Positions 8,928 through 19,455 of a stretch of DNA of 64,000 nt are shown here, one piece after another. Source of the stretch: Paramoeba atlantica (Eukaryota > Protista > Discosea); contig CDRNVI010000065.1 of NCBI GenBank assembly GCA_977017575.1, forward strand, positions 310,001-374,000. Reading direction: 5' to 3'. A program made the translations under genes and the position numbers. The notes beneath the pieces were generated by a model. That model was not told the DNA's origin. It did not search any database and worked only from the letters and a program-made list of their open reading frames with translations. Each line of letters starts with the position of its first letter. The first letter of the stretch is position 1.

Positions 8928-11054
8928 TTAAATCTTATCGACACCTTGAGGATTTTCTCTCCATCCCCAGGGGTTCTTTTCCACATCTTCTGAACCTGTT
9001 TCTGCTTCTTCAGGAGCCGGTCCGCGACGTCGCTGCTTCGCCTTTTCTACCTCGTATGCGAGTGCTTGTTGTACTGCGGCGACTCCCGTGCCCCAAAAAA
9101 GTATCGGAGCCGTTGGCAAATCAAGCGCTTTCCCAAGGAAGTTTACGTTCCAATTGAGCTTCACAAAAGGATTAGCCTTGTTTTTGTCGTCAAGTTCTTT
9201 TATGCATCCAAAGTTTCTCGCATCATTGGCAGAAATATACAAATATGGTTCGGGTTCGGGAATGAGAGGAGGGCGCTCTGCTTCTTCATATGCTTCATAC
9301 CACTGGACGTCAGAACGAACATCTTCCTCCAAAATTCGAAGTAAGCGAAGGACTTGTTCTGCTTTGTTTCTCCGTTCAAGTCGCTGAACTTCAGCATCCA
9401 CTCGTTTAGGATCGCGACTCAAAATCGCTTCGCGAACTTGTTCACTTGAGGACTCTGGTGTCTCTTCGAGAGAGCTTCCTTCCATTCCTACACTTGACAT
9501 TTGATCTCGACACCTCTCGATCACTTCGGTGACATATTTTTGAATTTCTCCGTGTCTGCGAAGGACTTCCGGGTTGGAAAAATCACTGTTTAGCTCTCGC
9601 ATGCCACGCAATAACTCTTGGACTCTTTGAGATTCTGCCTCCATATCCATTTTTTGATATTTCAAGCATTTGGCCCTCATGCGTGCAATTTGGATGTGCA
9701 TATAGGTAAAGGCGAGATGGCGAATGCGTTGCTGATGAACCGATTCCGTATCTAAACCATCAAAAATTAACCCCGCAAAAGATTGAACGCCATTGACTCT
9801 TTCTTGTGCCTCGTGCTGCAGGATTTCAGATGACCCGGATTTCGAAAGTTCCTCCAGTTTTTGATACTCTGGCAGCAAATGAATCGGATAGAGAAGATGT
9901 TTTTCATACCAACGACGAGCCCAATCTATGGGTTCACGCTCTTCTAAACGAGCGTAATATTGTACAGCATCTAGGCGGCCCATATGATTGGGGTCTAAGC
10001 TAAGCAAGCTTTGAAGTCGGTCACCATACTCATTAAGCGATTCGTCACTTGAGGTGTGAGCAAAACCATGTCCACTGCAAAGTCGATTAAGAACCTCAAG
10101 ACGTTCAAGAAACTCATCCTGGGCCTTCATGGACTCCCACATAGCGTTGGCAACCTCCACGTTAATGCCATACTTGTTGGCAAAAATCTCGGTTCGGTTA
10201 GCTGGCGCAGTGGCGGTACCGTGTTGCGTATTTTCGCGTATTTGTCCACTTTCGGTCCCTTCACCTGACAATCCATCGCGTATATCCGATGCACGTTTTC
10301 GAAATTTAGCAATCGCAGCCAGTTTGTTAAGAGCTTTTTGCTTCACAGCGTCGTGCAGACGCGCGTCAGCGTACTTGTATGTGTTGGCAAGATGACGTTG
10401 CACTACGTGGTGCAGAGATTGCGCCATATCGGATAGTTTCCGTCGTTCAGCTTCTGTGCTTACTCCAGCCCGTCGGTTTGCAACATAATCTTTAAAAGCT
10501 TGCTTAAAGTGAAGTTGAGCGTATTCAATTTGTTTTGCTTTTTCTGTATCGAATTCAGACTCATCTGCGTCTTGCATTATGGCCTCCGACACGGTAATGT
10601 TGCGACCACGCGTGTCCATGTCAAACGGAAGGCTTGATTTCATACGTTGGTAGGGATTGGTAATCATCTCTTCACGTATATTTACACGTCTTCCCGTAGT
10701 TTCGTAGTAACGTCGTTTTTGATGCTCGGATACTTCTGAAGGTGAGTGTTGTAGCATTTGCGCCATATATCGAGTGAAGTAACCTTTGTCTTTAAGAGGG
10801 ACATTCTCCCACTGCGCATCTGTCATGTACTTTGCTTTGTCCGCGAGTTCACGACCAGCTCGCATTACAACATCATAGCTCGGTGAGTTCGGCAAGGGCG
10901 CTGGGATTTCATTCTTGAAATATGCACCACGAGAGGGCGGAACGCCGGCACTCGTGTATCCCCCACTGAAGGGTGACTTCTCATGGGTATAACTTTGTTG
11001 TGCATTCGATATTCCATTTCGTCTTCGGTGCAGATACCGCAGCGATGTCCGCAT
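8928..11054 (-). CDS. Hypothetical helical/coiled-coil protein, probably mitochondrial
   Basis: 708-aa ORF on the cluster strand; Arg-rich N-terminus (MRTSLRYLHRRRNG) like a kinetoplastid presequence; no motif recognised. Confidence 0.75.
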   Translation of the reverse strand: MRTSLRYLHRRRNGISNAQQSYTHEKSPFSGGYTSAGVPPSRGAYFKNEIPAPLPNSPSYDVVMRAGRELADKAKYMTDAQWENVPLKDKGYFTRYMAQMLQHSPSEVSEHQKRRYYETTGRRVNIREEMITNPYQRMKSSLPFDMDTRGRNITVSEAIMQDADESEFDTEKAKQIEYAQLHFKQAFKDYVANRRAGVSTEAERRKLSDMAQSLHHVVQRHLANTYKYADARLHDAVKQKALNKLAAIAKFRKRASDIRDGLSGEGTESGQIRENTQHGTATAPANRTEIFANKYGINVEVANAMWESMKAQDEFLERLEVLNRLCSGHGFAHTSSDESLNEYGDRLQSLLSLDPNHMGRLDAVQYYARLEEREPIDWARRWYEKHLLYPIHLLPEYQKLEELSKSGSSEILQHEAQERVNGVQSFAGLIFDGLDTESVHQQRIRHLAFTYMHIQIARMRAKCLKYQKMDMEAESQRVQELLRGMRELNSDFSNPEVLRRHGEIQKYVTEVIERCRDQMSSVGMEGSSLEETPESSSEQVREAILSRDPKRVDAEVQRLERRNKAEQVLRLLRILEEDVRSDVQWYEAYEEAERPPLIPEPEPYLYISANDARNFGCIKELDDKNKANPFVKLNWNVNFLGKALDLPTAPILFWGTGVAAVQQALAYEVEKAKQRRRGPAPEEAETGSEDVEKNPWGWRENPQGVDKI

Positions 11055-11505
11055 TGAGAAAGGTCAAAGCTTAAAACTCTGTCAAATCAAAGTAGACTGA
11101 ATTTGGCTATTTTTTGGGGGTAATATTCGGTCTCGTCAAGATAATTCGTTTCAGGTGAGATTGGGAATATTCTTGACGTGAAATTTCCCAATTTCAGATT
11201 ATCGTGTACAATTTCAATATAAAAAAAGTTATGTTAGATGATTACAAATGTTTTTACATGTGCTTTACAACTGTAGAAAGTTCCATTGCTATAAGAAAAG
11301 TCTGCCAATAAAAGTCTTTGTATGATCTTTGATAATCAATACGAGCATTCTTGGAGGTTCAGTGCTATTCCTGTATTTATAAATTATTTAGCTACTTATG
11401 TTCAACTTAAATGCGATCATTGTTCAGTGTACTTCTTCAAAAAAAATTAATACACACTTGCATGGTTGAAATAAGCTCACGTCCGCATAAAAATCAAGGT
11501 TTACT

Positions 11506-11946
11506 CTATTCTCGCCACAATAGAAAACAATATAAGGCAAATGCTACTGTAAGAATGTGGACATACCCTAGATGTAAATACAGAAACATGGCAGGGAAAA
11601 CACCCAGGAGGGCCATGGTCAATACACTGTAGGAGGTAACGTGTGGCCCATATAACGCAAGAAGCAACGCTCCACCGAATACTAGCCCAATGCTAACAAC
11701 ACGGTTAGTGATACTGGCTGCGCTTTGTTCCCCAGCCGTCCAGGTCAACATAAACATTTTTCCGGGCACCACCTTAGAAACGGTACGACCTTGCTGTGAT
11801 GCCGATGCCGTATTTAGTGTAGCGCGCGTAGTGCAGTATGCCCGCTGGGCTTTGCACCCGACGATGGAGTTTATGTGCGATCTGGCATTGCATTTCCCTA
11901 ACGCGCAGTGGTAAACAGGAATTGACCCCTTTCTTGTAAATTGCAT
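11506..11946 (-). CDS. Small membrane protein, tentatively succinate dehydrogenase anchor subunit (SDH3/SdhC-like)
   Basis: Presequence-like N-terminus, 2-3 hydrophobic segments, ASITNR (cf. SxxHR) before TM1 and HLGYVH (cf. HxxxGxRH). The CDS is likely; the function is weakly supported. Confidence 0.45.
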   Translation of the reverse strand: MQFTRKGSIPVYHCALGKCNARSHINSIVGCKAQRAYCTTRATLNTASASQQGRTVSKVVPGKMFMLTWTAGEQSAASITNRVVSIGLVFGGALLLALYGPHVTSYSVLTMALLGVFPAMFLYLHLGYVHILTVAFALYCFLLWRE

Positions 11947-12244
11947 TTCCTATATGTGAGAAGATACCAAGAATAACAGGAAAATAATTTTATCAGTTTT
12001 ATCAATTTGATACGCAAGAACATTTGCATTAATGACTATCAAGATTAAGAGTCACTGTTTAGTAGTGAATTAGAAGATTCGTCAATAAATGATTCTGAAA
12101 GGTTCTTTCATGTGCACAAAATGTCATGAGCTATAAACAGATGCACAAACTGCGATGAATATAGCAGAACAGTTCCCTTGATACCGTAATGATATCGCAA
12201 CGATTCGTTGCGACCACAAGCAATCCGATTTTCTGCTTCTCTAT

Positions 12245-12859
12245 TTAAGCATGAAGGATCTTAGTCTTTCGTCCTTTTCTCATAGACAGCCATCGAATGC
12301 AGAGAAGAGTGGGATATCGGATAAATTCGGCAAATTCGTTGGCGATGAAGGCCAAGAAAAGTGTCGTGACTACCTTTAAATGGCACTGTTCTACTATTTT
12401 AGTTTCGAAAAAGTAGGTTAACACGGTATCTATAGGTATCCATGATGCCTCAAAGAAAAGGTAAAAGAATACAACAATACCAGAGACATAGGCTATAATG
12501 TATGTCATTAGAAATTTCGTTCCAAATCTTTCTTGAAGGCTCGGCAAAGTTTTCGTCATTTTCATATCGATATGAACATTGCTTATTTTATTCATGAATG
12601 AAAGTGCTCTCTGGTCTGACTGTTTCTGTACGTCCTCATATTTCTTCCATCTGGAAGCCTTTGCCTTCGCATGAGAGGTATTGACCTGAACATGTTTTGT
12701 CTTGCTCGCATGAGCCTTCCAGGAACTACCCCTGCAGGCTGGTGATTGAGTAGAGACATTCGTGCCGCTAATTTCCTCAGGAGAGCTACCCGGAGTAAGT
12801 CTTGCTATCCCCGAAGCATGGAGATATCTAAACTGTGTTCGTAGCAAGGTAAGTTGCAT
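12245..12859 (-). CDS. Mitochondrial membrane protein, DUF1279/FAM210-like
   Basis: Presequence-like start; C-terminal FGTKFLMTYIIAY..FFY..IDTV..LAFIANEFAEFIRYPT follows the DUF1279 pattern. Confidence 0.5.
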   Translation of the reverse strand: MQLTLLRTQFRYLHASGIARLTPGSSPEEISGTNVSTQSPACRGSSWKAHASKTKHVQVNTSHAKAKASRWKKYEDVQKQSDQRALSFMNKISNVHIDMKMTKTLPSLQERFGTKFLMTYIIAYVSGIVVFFYLFFEASWIPIDTVLTYFFETKIVEQCHLKVVTTLFLAFIANEFAEFIRYPTLLCIRWLSMRKGRKTKILHA

Positions 12860-13314
12860 GCGAAGAACTGTCGTGCTATAACGTAAATCGAAATTCTAGA
12901 AAAAGGAAGCAGCAATACCATAAATCATATGTCAACTATACGCTCTTACTGTAGATGAGAAAGACGACAAAGAAACATACAATACAATAAAAAAACACAG
13001 ATACATGGTCCAGGATTTGGACTGCAGGTCAGAATTTTTCTTCAGACCATGGAGAAAGTGTACAAATTTCGATGAAACTTCATCGAAGGTCCCCTCTACT
13101 CGAGTATTTTTCCTTTGCGAAAGCGAGATCTGTCTGATGGAGAAGACGATGGGTCGAAACTCTTGCCGAAATATGACACACTTTTGTAGCCTATGGGGAA
13201 GCTTAAAAGTCCGAAATTCGGTATGGAAACGAGTAGACTAAAAAGTCCTCGTATTTAATGCGAAGATTTTCCGTAATACAATTACAGAAATTATATCGTA
13301 CTCCTGATGCAATC

Positions 13315-16125
13315 TTACAAGTTTTGACTCTGTCGCAGGGACTCATTGTTTAAAGCACTTACATTTATCCTCGCATAGCATTCCACCCCAAATTGCCTTG
13401 CATTCCCCACCAGTTCAAGATCTTGAGTAAAAATCGCAACCTCGGGAGGTTCTCTTTCATCGCTCTGTTCGTGTAGACCCGAAGACGTGTCTACGCCACT
13501 AGAGATCTTACAGACCTCTTGCGCGTATGTTTTCATACCCACAGCCAGGGATATCAAAACACTATCTGGTCGGGTAGCCTGGACAAGCCCATAGTCGGGA
13601 TCAAATTCCTCTACTTCTCCTGGGGCCGCATCCCCAGAAACCGTATGCACCACATGCTGTGGGGACAGCGGGACGCGAATCTCTATCTCGTCATGGGGAG
13701 CGAGCAGCACCACAGGACAGCGACAGCTACTCTCCAGAACTTCAAAGAAGCGTCGAAGATGTTCCGCAAGCACCATCTTTTGCGAGGCCCCGGCTTTTTG
13801 GTCTACTGCCCGGGTCCAGGCAAACTCTAGCAGGGTTGAGGTACTGACGACCAGTGCTACTTTCTCCCCTGCGGTAAACTCGGACAGCGCGTGATGCAGT
13901 AACTCCGCGGCGACAAAGAAATTCGTGTCGAGCACGGCTAAACAGCGCACGGAGCGTATGGTGTGATGTAACTTCTGCTGTGTAGTAAACTCGATCGGGT
14001 GGAGTTGGCGCCGAATCATACGGAGCAGCCAAAACCGAATCTCCCTACACGTCGTACGGCGCAACGCCGTGAAGGCGGCGAGCGAGAGTCGCTCGTTGCC
14101 ATGACAGGCTCCGTGGAGACCACTGAAAATAGGATGGGAGTTCGTGGCTACGGCATACAGAACATGAAAGGTGGTGGCGTGTACGGGTCCTGGTATGAGC
14201 CACAAGTTTTCGGAGGTCATCGCTCGTGACTCACCGGATGTTCCGAGTATGACCTTGTTTAAATGAAAACATTTTCCCAATATTTCACCTGCCTGTCCAA
14301 TTCGATTCGCAGCAAGCAGCAAAGGAAAAATGCAGGAAAATAATAGATCTCGTTGATCACCTGCGGACGCCTCAACGAACCAGGGGTGAAAAAAATCCAT
14401 TGCTTCCCTCCAGGACACGGCGTGCAATTCCCACTTCTTTCCAATCAGCCGGGCAAGACTCAAACGGGAAACGTTGCAATTCTGCACTATGGAAGCATAC
14501 AATACAAGTCTTAGAAGGGTGTGTAGAGAAATAGCTGTGCGCGAGGCTAACGTGAGTATTAAACTCTCCGACAAACGTAGGTTGCAGTGCTCGATTCCCA
14601 AGGATAGAAAGCGAAGAGCATGTGCCCAACTCGGATTTGAACGAATTTTTGACAACAATAGAGTTTTTTCAATCAAATATTCCGGAGATTTCCCAAGTGA
14701 CTTGTATTCCATGTACAATGACGGACTGAATAACTTCTCGTAAACCCCAAAATTAGATTGCTTTCGAAAACTGGTTATGGACATTGTTCTTTCTTTGCTG
14801 GCTCTATGAATAAGTGTGTCCAGGATTTCGGGGGAAAACACGTTCAATTGATGGGCATTGCGTTGCTCGGAGCTAGACTGTCGTATATCCTTTTCGGCAC
14901 CGACCATGACTCGAAAAGCAGTAGTCCACTCTGCCTGTTCAATGATGGTCTTTAATGACTGAGATGTCATTTGCAGCAAACTGGCATATTGTGGGTTAGA
15001 ATAGTGTGACCAAAGTTTGTACCTCTCCAGAAGCATGAACAGTGTTTTAGCACTGTGTTTCCACATCACTCCCTGAATCACCTGCAACCTCCATTGTCGA
15101 ATGAGTGGATCGTACCGTTGCAAAATCTCTAGTGTGATTTCAAAATGAATCATTCCCCTTTTAAGCGTTTGATGAAGGCGATCTGAGTTATCCGGTGATG
15201 CTCCACTCAGGTACTTGATAAGAAGATCTGGAGAGCATTCACTAAAATGGCCGTCCTTTCTTATAATTTCATCCAATCTAAACAGAAGTAAACACATGGT
15301 CCGCACGTCATCGCAAATGATGCAGTTCTCTACAAGCATGGAAAGTGCCTCATATATGTGAGGGAGAAATCTGCGCAATCTTTCAATGGCGTTCTGCAAG
15401 TTGCGACATGTTTTCGCACTGTCAAGATTGAGCACTGGTGAAGACTCCGATACTGAACGAGGAAAAAGAAACCGGTTGAATAATTCAAATGAGATAGAAG
15501 GTGGACACGAATTGACCTCTTCCGGACAGCGGGACAAGATTGAGTGTTTCAACTGGGATGGATTGTTCTTTTGATCATTGCTTTGACAGCATATCTGAAG
15601 TGCAAGAAAATACGGCTCGACACAAAGGGTGGGATATGAAAAAGTAACTAATTTTATTGCAATTTCCCACCGGCAAGGCAAACACTGACACAGGGGACGC
15701 ATAGCTAGCAAATAGTCATTCGCCTGCCCACCACTGACACGTTTGAGCCCATGAAAATTATTTAGTGCTGTGACCCAATCGCTTTCGCCTCGTTCTTCAC
15801 GTGAAAAGTTGGAAATGCGTGTTCCGGTACTGGAACGATTTTTCATTCCTTGAATGCTTTCTTTCGGGGTTGGCGGCCCATGATATTTCTTCCGAAGGAA
15901 TGAAAATAATTCTTTTGTCGTTCCTACTTCTGAAGTTTTGAACAGTGACAATGAAGTTGGTTCTGCTGTATGAGTAAGATGGCCACGAATGCCATCACGA
16001 AAGGGCGGTGGTCGTCTTGAAGAGTTGCGTAAGGATACAATTTGTTTCTGATAATCGTCCGATGTTCTATAAATAAAGTACAAATCTTGGCTTCTTCTCA
16101 GCAGGTGCAGTAAAGAATTCCGCAT
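13315..16125 (-). CDS. Helical (WxxA-repeat, PPR-like) protein with C-terminal PIN-domain nuclease
   Basis: C-terminal LAVLDTNFF..STLLEF..PDSVLISLA..VAIFTQDLEL..A matches the PIN fold with acidic residues; five spaced WxxA[LIFM] motifs upstream. Confidence 0.65.
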   Translation of the reverse strand: MRNSLLHLLRRSQDLYFIYRTSDDYQKQIVSLRNSSRRPPPFRDGIRGHLTHTAEPTSLSLFKTSEVGTTKELFSFLRKKYHGPPTPKESIQGMKNRSSTGTRISNFSREERGESDWVTALNNFHGLKRVSGGQANDYLLAMRPLCQCLPCRWEIAIKLVTFSYPTLCVEPYFLALQICCQSNDQKNNPSQLKHSILSRCPEEVNSCPPSISFELFNRFLFPRSVSESSPVLNLDSAKTCRNLQNAIERLRRFLPHIYEALSMLVENCIICDDVRTMCLLLFRLDEIIRKDGHFSECSPDLLIKYLSGASPDNSDRLHQTLKRGMIHFEITLEILQRYDPLIRQWRLQVIQGVMWKHSAKTLFMLLERYKLWSHYSNPQYASLLQMTSQSLKTIIEQAEWTTAFRVMVGAEKDIRQSSSEQRNAHQLNVFSPEILDTLIHRASKERTMSITSFRKQSNFGVYEKLFSPSLYMEYKSLGKSPEYLIEKTLLLSKIRSNPSWAHALRFLSLGIEHCNLRLSESLILTLASRTAISLHTLLRLVLYASIVQNCNVSRLSLARLIGKKWELHAVSWREAMDFFHPWFVEASAGDQRDLLFSCIFPLLLAANRIGQAGEILGKCFHLNKVILGTSGESRAMTSENLWLIPGPVHATTFHVLYAVATNSHPIFSGLHGACHGNERLSLAAFTALRRTTCREIRFWLLRMIRRQLHPIEFTTQQKLHHTIRSVRCLAVLDTNFFVAAELLHHALSEFTAGEKVALVVSTSTLLEFAWTRAVDQKAGASQKMVLAEHLRRFFEVLESSCRCPVVLLAPHDEIEIRVPLSPQHVVHTVSGDAAPGEVEEFDPDYGLVQATRPDSVLISLAVGMKTYAQEVCKISSGVDTSSGLHEQSDEREPPEVAIFTQDLELVGNARQFGVECYARINVSALNNESLRQSQNL

Positions 16126-16546
16126 TCTTGAAGGAACGTTTCCTAGTCATTCAGAAATTCATTAAGGCTCAGTTAGAATACGTTCAAAGCAAAAGCAAGA
16201 TCTATGATTTGTAAGAACGTCTTATGATGAGGAAACAAACTTTTTTTATGATTACCACTCACGCACACGATAATATGGAAGGAAAAAAGGAGAGCACAGC
16301 AAAAGATACGCGATTCTTAGCTATTATTCATTTACCAACGCAAAACAGTCAATAAGACCTTCCAAATTAGTAGGCATCAATATTATTTTCCTGTCCGACT
16401 AGTCACTACTGCCTTGCTCAGCAGCATTCCTAGAATAATGTAAGGAAGCAATCCTTTTATAGTCTCATAAAAAGCTAACGAAAAATAAGTACAGTTTCAA
16501 TCATACCGTACGATATTCAGAAATTTTCGAGAACGCGGTGAATGTG

Positions 16547-16951
16547 CTACGGTAGTGAATATGTCACCTTGCTTCCCTTTTTTGAAGGAGGGAATGCCAG
16601 TCTTTCTTTATCTGAATAGGACGCCATGTTCTTAATCCATCGATACAAGGCTACATTGTCTTCGCCAAGCAGCTCGTGGAAAAGTTCGACATCCTTGGCA
16701 CTCGGAGTCACACCTCCCATGAATAGGTCTCCACAGGACTTTAAACAATCAGCGATCTGAGCCGCACGCACTGGAGTAACGCACTTTGCTTCCATCCGTA
16801 GAATCCACGATTTGAGACCTTCATTTTCTGGCCCAACAATAGATTCAAAAGCATCGATATCTTTTTTTGAGGGAATCACTCCATCGCCCAGAAAGCATTT
16901 ATCCTGCAACTCTTTCTCTAGTGCCAGGACGTCGTTGGAACAAGTAGTCAT
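16547..16951 (-). CDS. Protein of two tandem EF1B-type N-terminal (GST-C-like) domains, no GEF domain
   Basis: FLGDGVIPSKKDIDAFESIVGPENEGLKSWILRM and LFMGGVTPSAKDVELFHELLGEDNVALYRWIKNMASYSDKER resemble the trypanosomatid EF-1beta N-terminus. Confidence 0.7.
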   Translation of the reverse strand: MTTCSNDVLALEKELQDKCFLGDGVIPSKKDIDAFESIVGPENEGLKSWILRMEAKCVTPVRAAQIADCLKSCGDLFMGGVTPSAKDVELFHELLGEDNVALYRWIKNMASYSDKERLAFPPSKKGSKVTYSLP

Positions 16952-17175
16952 AATATCAGTGTGAAAACGACAAATATTTCTCTTGGAATCTGTTAATTAT
17001 TTCATGAAGCAATTCAATATTCAGAAAATTGGTTTGCAGCCCCGAATACAATCCATGTATTACCAACACTATTTTTTTCATAAAGGAGACAATGGAGATG
17101 TATAACAATCCAGGCTATTTTTCGCAAAGCCTGCACGAACGAAACGTATAGATTTTGTCAAAACCTTAACACCAT

Positions 17176-19455
17176 TTAAACCTCTACCCATGCCATTACT
17201 TCACCCTCACTAGTGGAAGTAAATAACCACGGTAAGCTAGGATGAAACTTACAGTCAAGCACAGCGTTCTTATGTTTCAGTATCCTCAGAGGGACAATCA
17301 CAGGAGGGTTGTTATAGTCATCAGAGACAGAGCCGTGGTGGACGTGTACTTCGCCGCTTTGAGAGGAGGATGCAAATAAAGGATACGTCCAACCTTGTGG
17401 GTGATACGATACTCGATGCACCGAAGAGCTGTGGCTGTGCATTTTTTTGTGTGGCTTATCACTTAGTTCCATATCAAACCACACAACGTGCGAATCCAAA
17501 GAGGAGACCAAAAAATGTTCCCCAGAGTAATGCACATCTAAAGACGTCACGCAATCTACAGAGGACCGAAATTTCTTAATTAATTTTTGTTGTGAAAGAT
17601 CGAATACACGAATAAAACGAGTCGTTGCAACCACGAAATGCGGTTGAGACATGACAAATCGACAGTCCACAATTCGATCTTTGGACAAATGCGAAAACGG
17701 CGACATCACGCGACGCTGGGAAAGGAGTAGAAACACCACTTGGCGACTCTTCTTCGCATCACCTGGGCAAATCACAGCCACGTAGTCACCCTTCTTATGC
17801 ACACTCGCGGCACGTACCTTAAAATGAAAGTCCACACGCAGCATAATCCCCGCACGCTGCTCCTCCACACTGGGCGTTACAAACTTCGCCAACTCCGTTT
17901 GCTCCAATTCCCCCATCCCCGGCGTAAACGCGACCTCCTCCACATCTCTCCCCTTTGTACGCCAACCACCCTCCCCCTCCACCCCCCCACCCAGGCACCT
18001 CCTCGTTCTCTCCCCCACCCCCTCCCCACCCCCGCCCCCCCACGGCGGCGCCACAAACACCAGGGCACTGTCCGTCGCGGCGACGACATACCGCAGCCCG
18101 GGGCCCGGGCTCTCCCCGACCCACGCCACGGGGCTGCGCAGGTCGACCCGGCGCACCACCCGCCCCGTGGAGGTCTCGAACACGCGCAGCAGGTGGTCGT
18201 CGCACCCCGTCGCGAGCCACTGGCCCTGCGGCCCGCACGGCGCCAGCGACCGCACCGCGGCGGTGTGCCCACTGTAGCTCATGGCCAGGCGCTCGGGGAA
18301 GGGGGCTAGGGCCCGGGGGGAGGGGAGCTGTGGGAGAAGGCTCTCGGGGTCGAGGTTCAGCTTGTGGGATGTCCTGCGGGGGAAGGCGGAGAGGTCGAGA
18401 CAGCGCTGGTAGGACTCGTGGAGGGTGCGGGGGTACCAGGGGACGTGACGCAGGCAGGGGTAGCGCTGGGGGAGGAAGTGGGTGGGTTTGTCGAGATCGG
18501 AGGTGGTGTGGAAGTGGCGGTAGGCCTCACGGGAGGGGAGGTACTCGTCGGGGGGGTTGTAGCTTTCCTCGGTGCCGGGCGGGGGGAGGGGAGGGGGTGG
18601 GAGACGGTGACGTTGGAGACGGAGGAGAGCGGTGGTGGATTCCATGGGTTGGTCCCAGAGGGCGTAGGTGGAGGGGGTGGGTTTAGTGCGGTCAATGTCG
18701 GATTCGTTCCAGGCGCCGTGGCGACGGACGCGAGCGATGAGTTTCTCGACCTGGCGTCGCCAGTGGTGATCCGGGGTGTGCCGCCGCTTGGAGCCGGGAC
18801 CCGAAGCAAAAGGGTTTTGCAACCCGTCGAAAATGGCCGTTTCTGGGGGTAAGTCCTGATACGGGTTGTAGTTTGTGGAAGGATAAAGATTTTTTTGGAG
18901 GTTTAGAATCAGCTGAAGATCCTCCCCAGGAACAGCTACTTGACGACCGTGCAAGGCATCAATAATGGTACGCACTCTTTTTGGGTCGTCCAACTGTTGC
19001 AAAAGCTCGTTCAGAGGCTTTTGTTCTTCCCTTTGGACCCGTTGACCCTCAATATCGTACCCTACGTAGTTTTCCCCACTGTACCACTGAGAAGGTATGT
19101 CCCCAGAACGATTCAACAACGGTTCCTCATCGCTGCTATCACTCTCGTCGGCTTGGGCCTGCCCCCCAACACTGATAGAGTGATCGTCGCTATTCAAGTC
19201 TATGGATTTCTTCGCTAACTGCTTTTTACGCAAAGGCCAGGTTGGCGGGGAGGCTATGTATTGCAATCTCTCCTGGCCGTCTTGAAGAGCCCCTGGATCT
19301 TCCTCGTTTCTTTTATCCGACATACAGTACAGTGCAGGATGTAAACGTATAGAGCAGTATTCAATAAGCAAAAATATCAAATGTGCTAGAATATGTCCCG
19401 CAAATGATACATACTGAAGTGAGTGACGAATCTCTAATCGTAAGCAGGATGGCAA
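17176..19455 (-). CDS. BOP1: Ribosome biogenesis protein BOP1/Erb1 (likely start at 19323)
   Basis: WYSGENYVGYDIEG, PPPPGTEESYNPPDEYLP, LRHVPWY..ESYQRCLDLSAFPR, LLPQLPSPRALAPFP, C-terminal WD40 repeats ending FHPSLPWLFTS. Confidence 0.94.
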   Translation of the reverse strand: MPSCLRLEIRHSLQYVSFAGHILAHLIFLLIEYCSIRLHPALYCMSDKRNEEDPGALQDGQERLQYIASPPTWPLRKKQLAKKSIDLNSDDHSISVGGQAQADESDSSDEEPLLNRSGDIPSQWYSGENYVGYDIEGQRVQREEQKPLNELLQQLDDPKRVRTIIDALHGRQVAVPGEDLQLILNLQKNLYPSTNYNPYQDLPPETAIFDGLQNPFASGPGSKRRHTPDHHWRRQVEKLIARVRRHGAWNESDIDRTKPTPSTYALWDQPMESTTALLRLQRHRLPPPPLPPPGTEESYNPPDEYLPSREAYRHFHTTSDLDKPTHFLPQRYPCLRHVPWYPRTLHESYQRCLDLSAFPRRTSHKLNLDPESLLPQLPSPRALAPFPERLAMSYSGHTAAVRSLAPCGPQGQWLATGCDDHLLRVFETSTGRVVRRVDLRSPVAWVGESPGPGLRYVVAATDSALVFVAPPWGGGGGEGVGERTRRCLGGGVEGEGGWRTKGRDVEEVAFTPGMGELEQTELAKFVTPSVEEQRAGIMLRVDFHFKVRAASVHKKGDYVAVICPGDAKKSRQVVFLLLSQRRVMSPFSHLSKDRIVDCRFVMSQPHFVVATTRFIRVFDLSQQKLIKKFRSSVDCVTSLDVHYSGEHFLVSSLDSHVVWFDMELSDKPHKKMHSHSSSVHRVSYHPQGWTYPLFASSSQSGEVHVHHGSVSDDYNNPPVIVPLRILKHKNAVLDCKFHPSLPWLFTSTSEGEVMAWVEV

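Noticed and set aside
17740-18852. Several Pro/Gly/Arg-rich ORFs over BOP1
   Set aside because: By-products of the local GC island, which has few stop codons.
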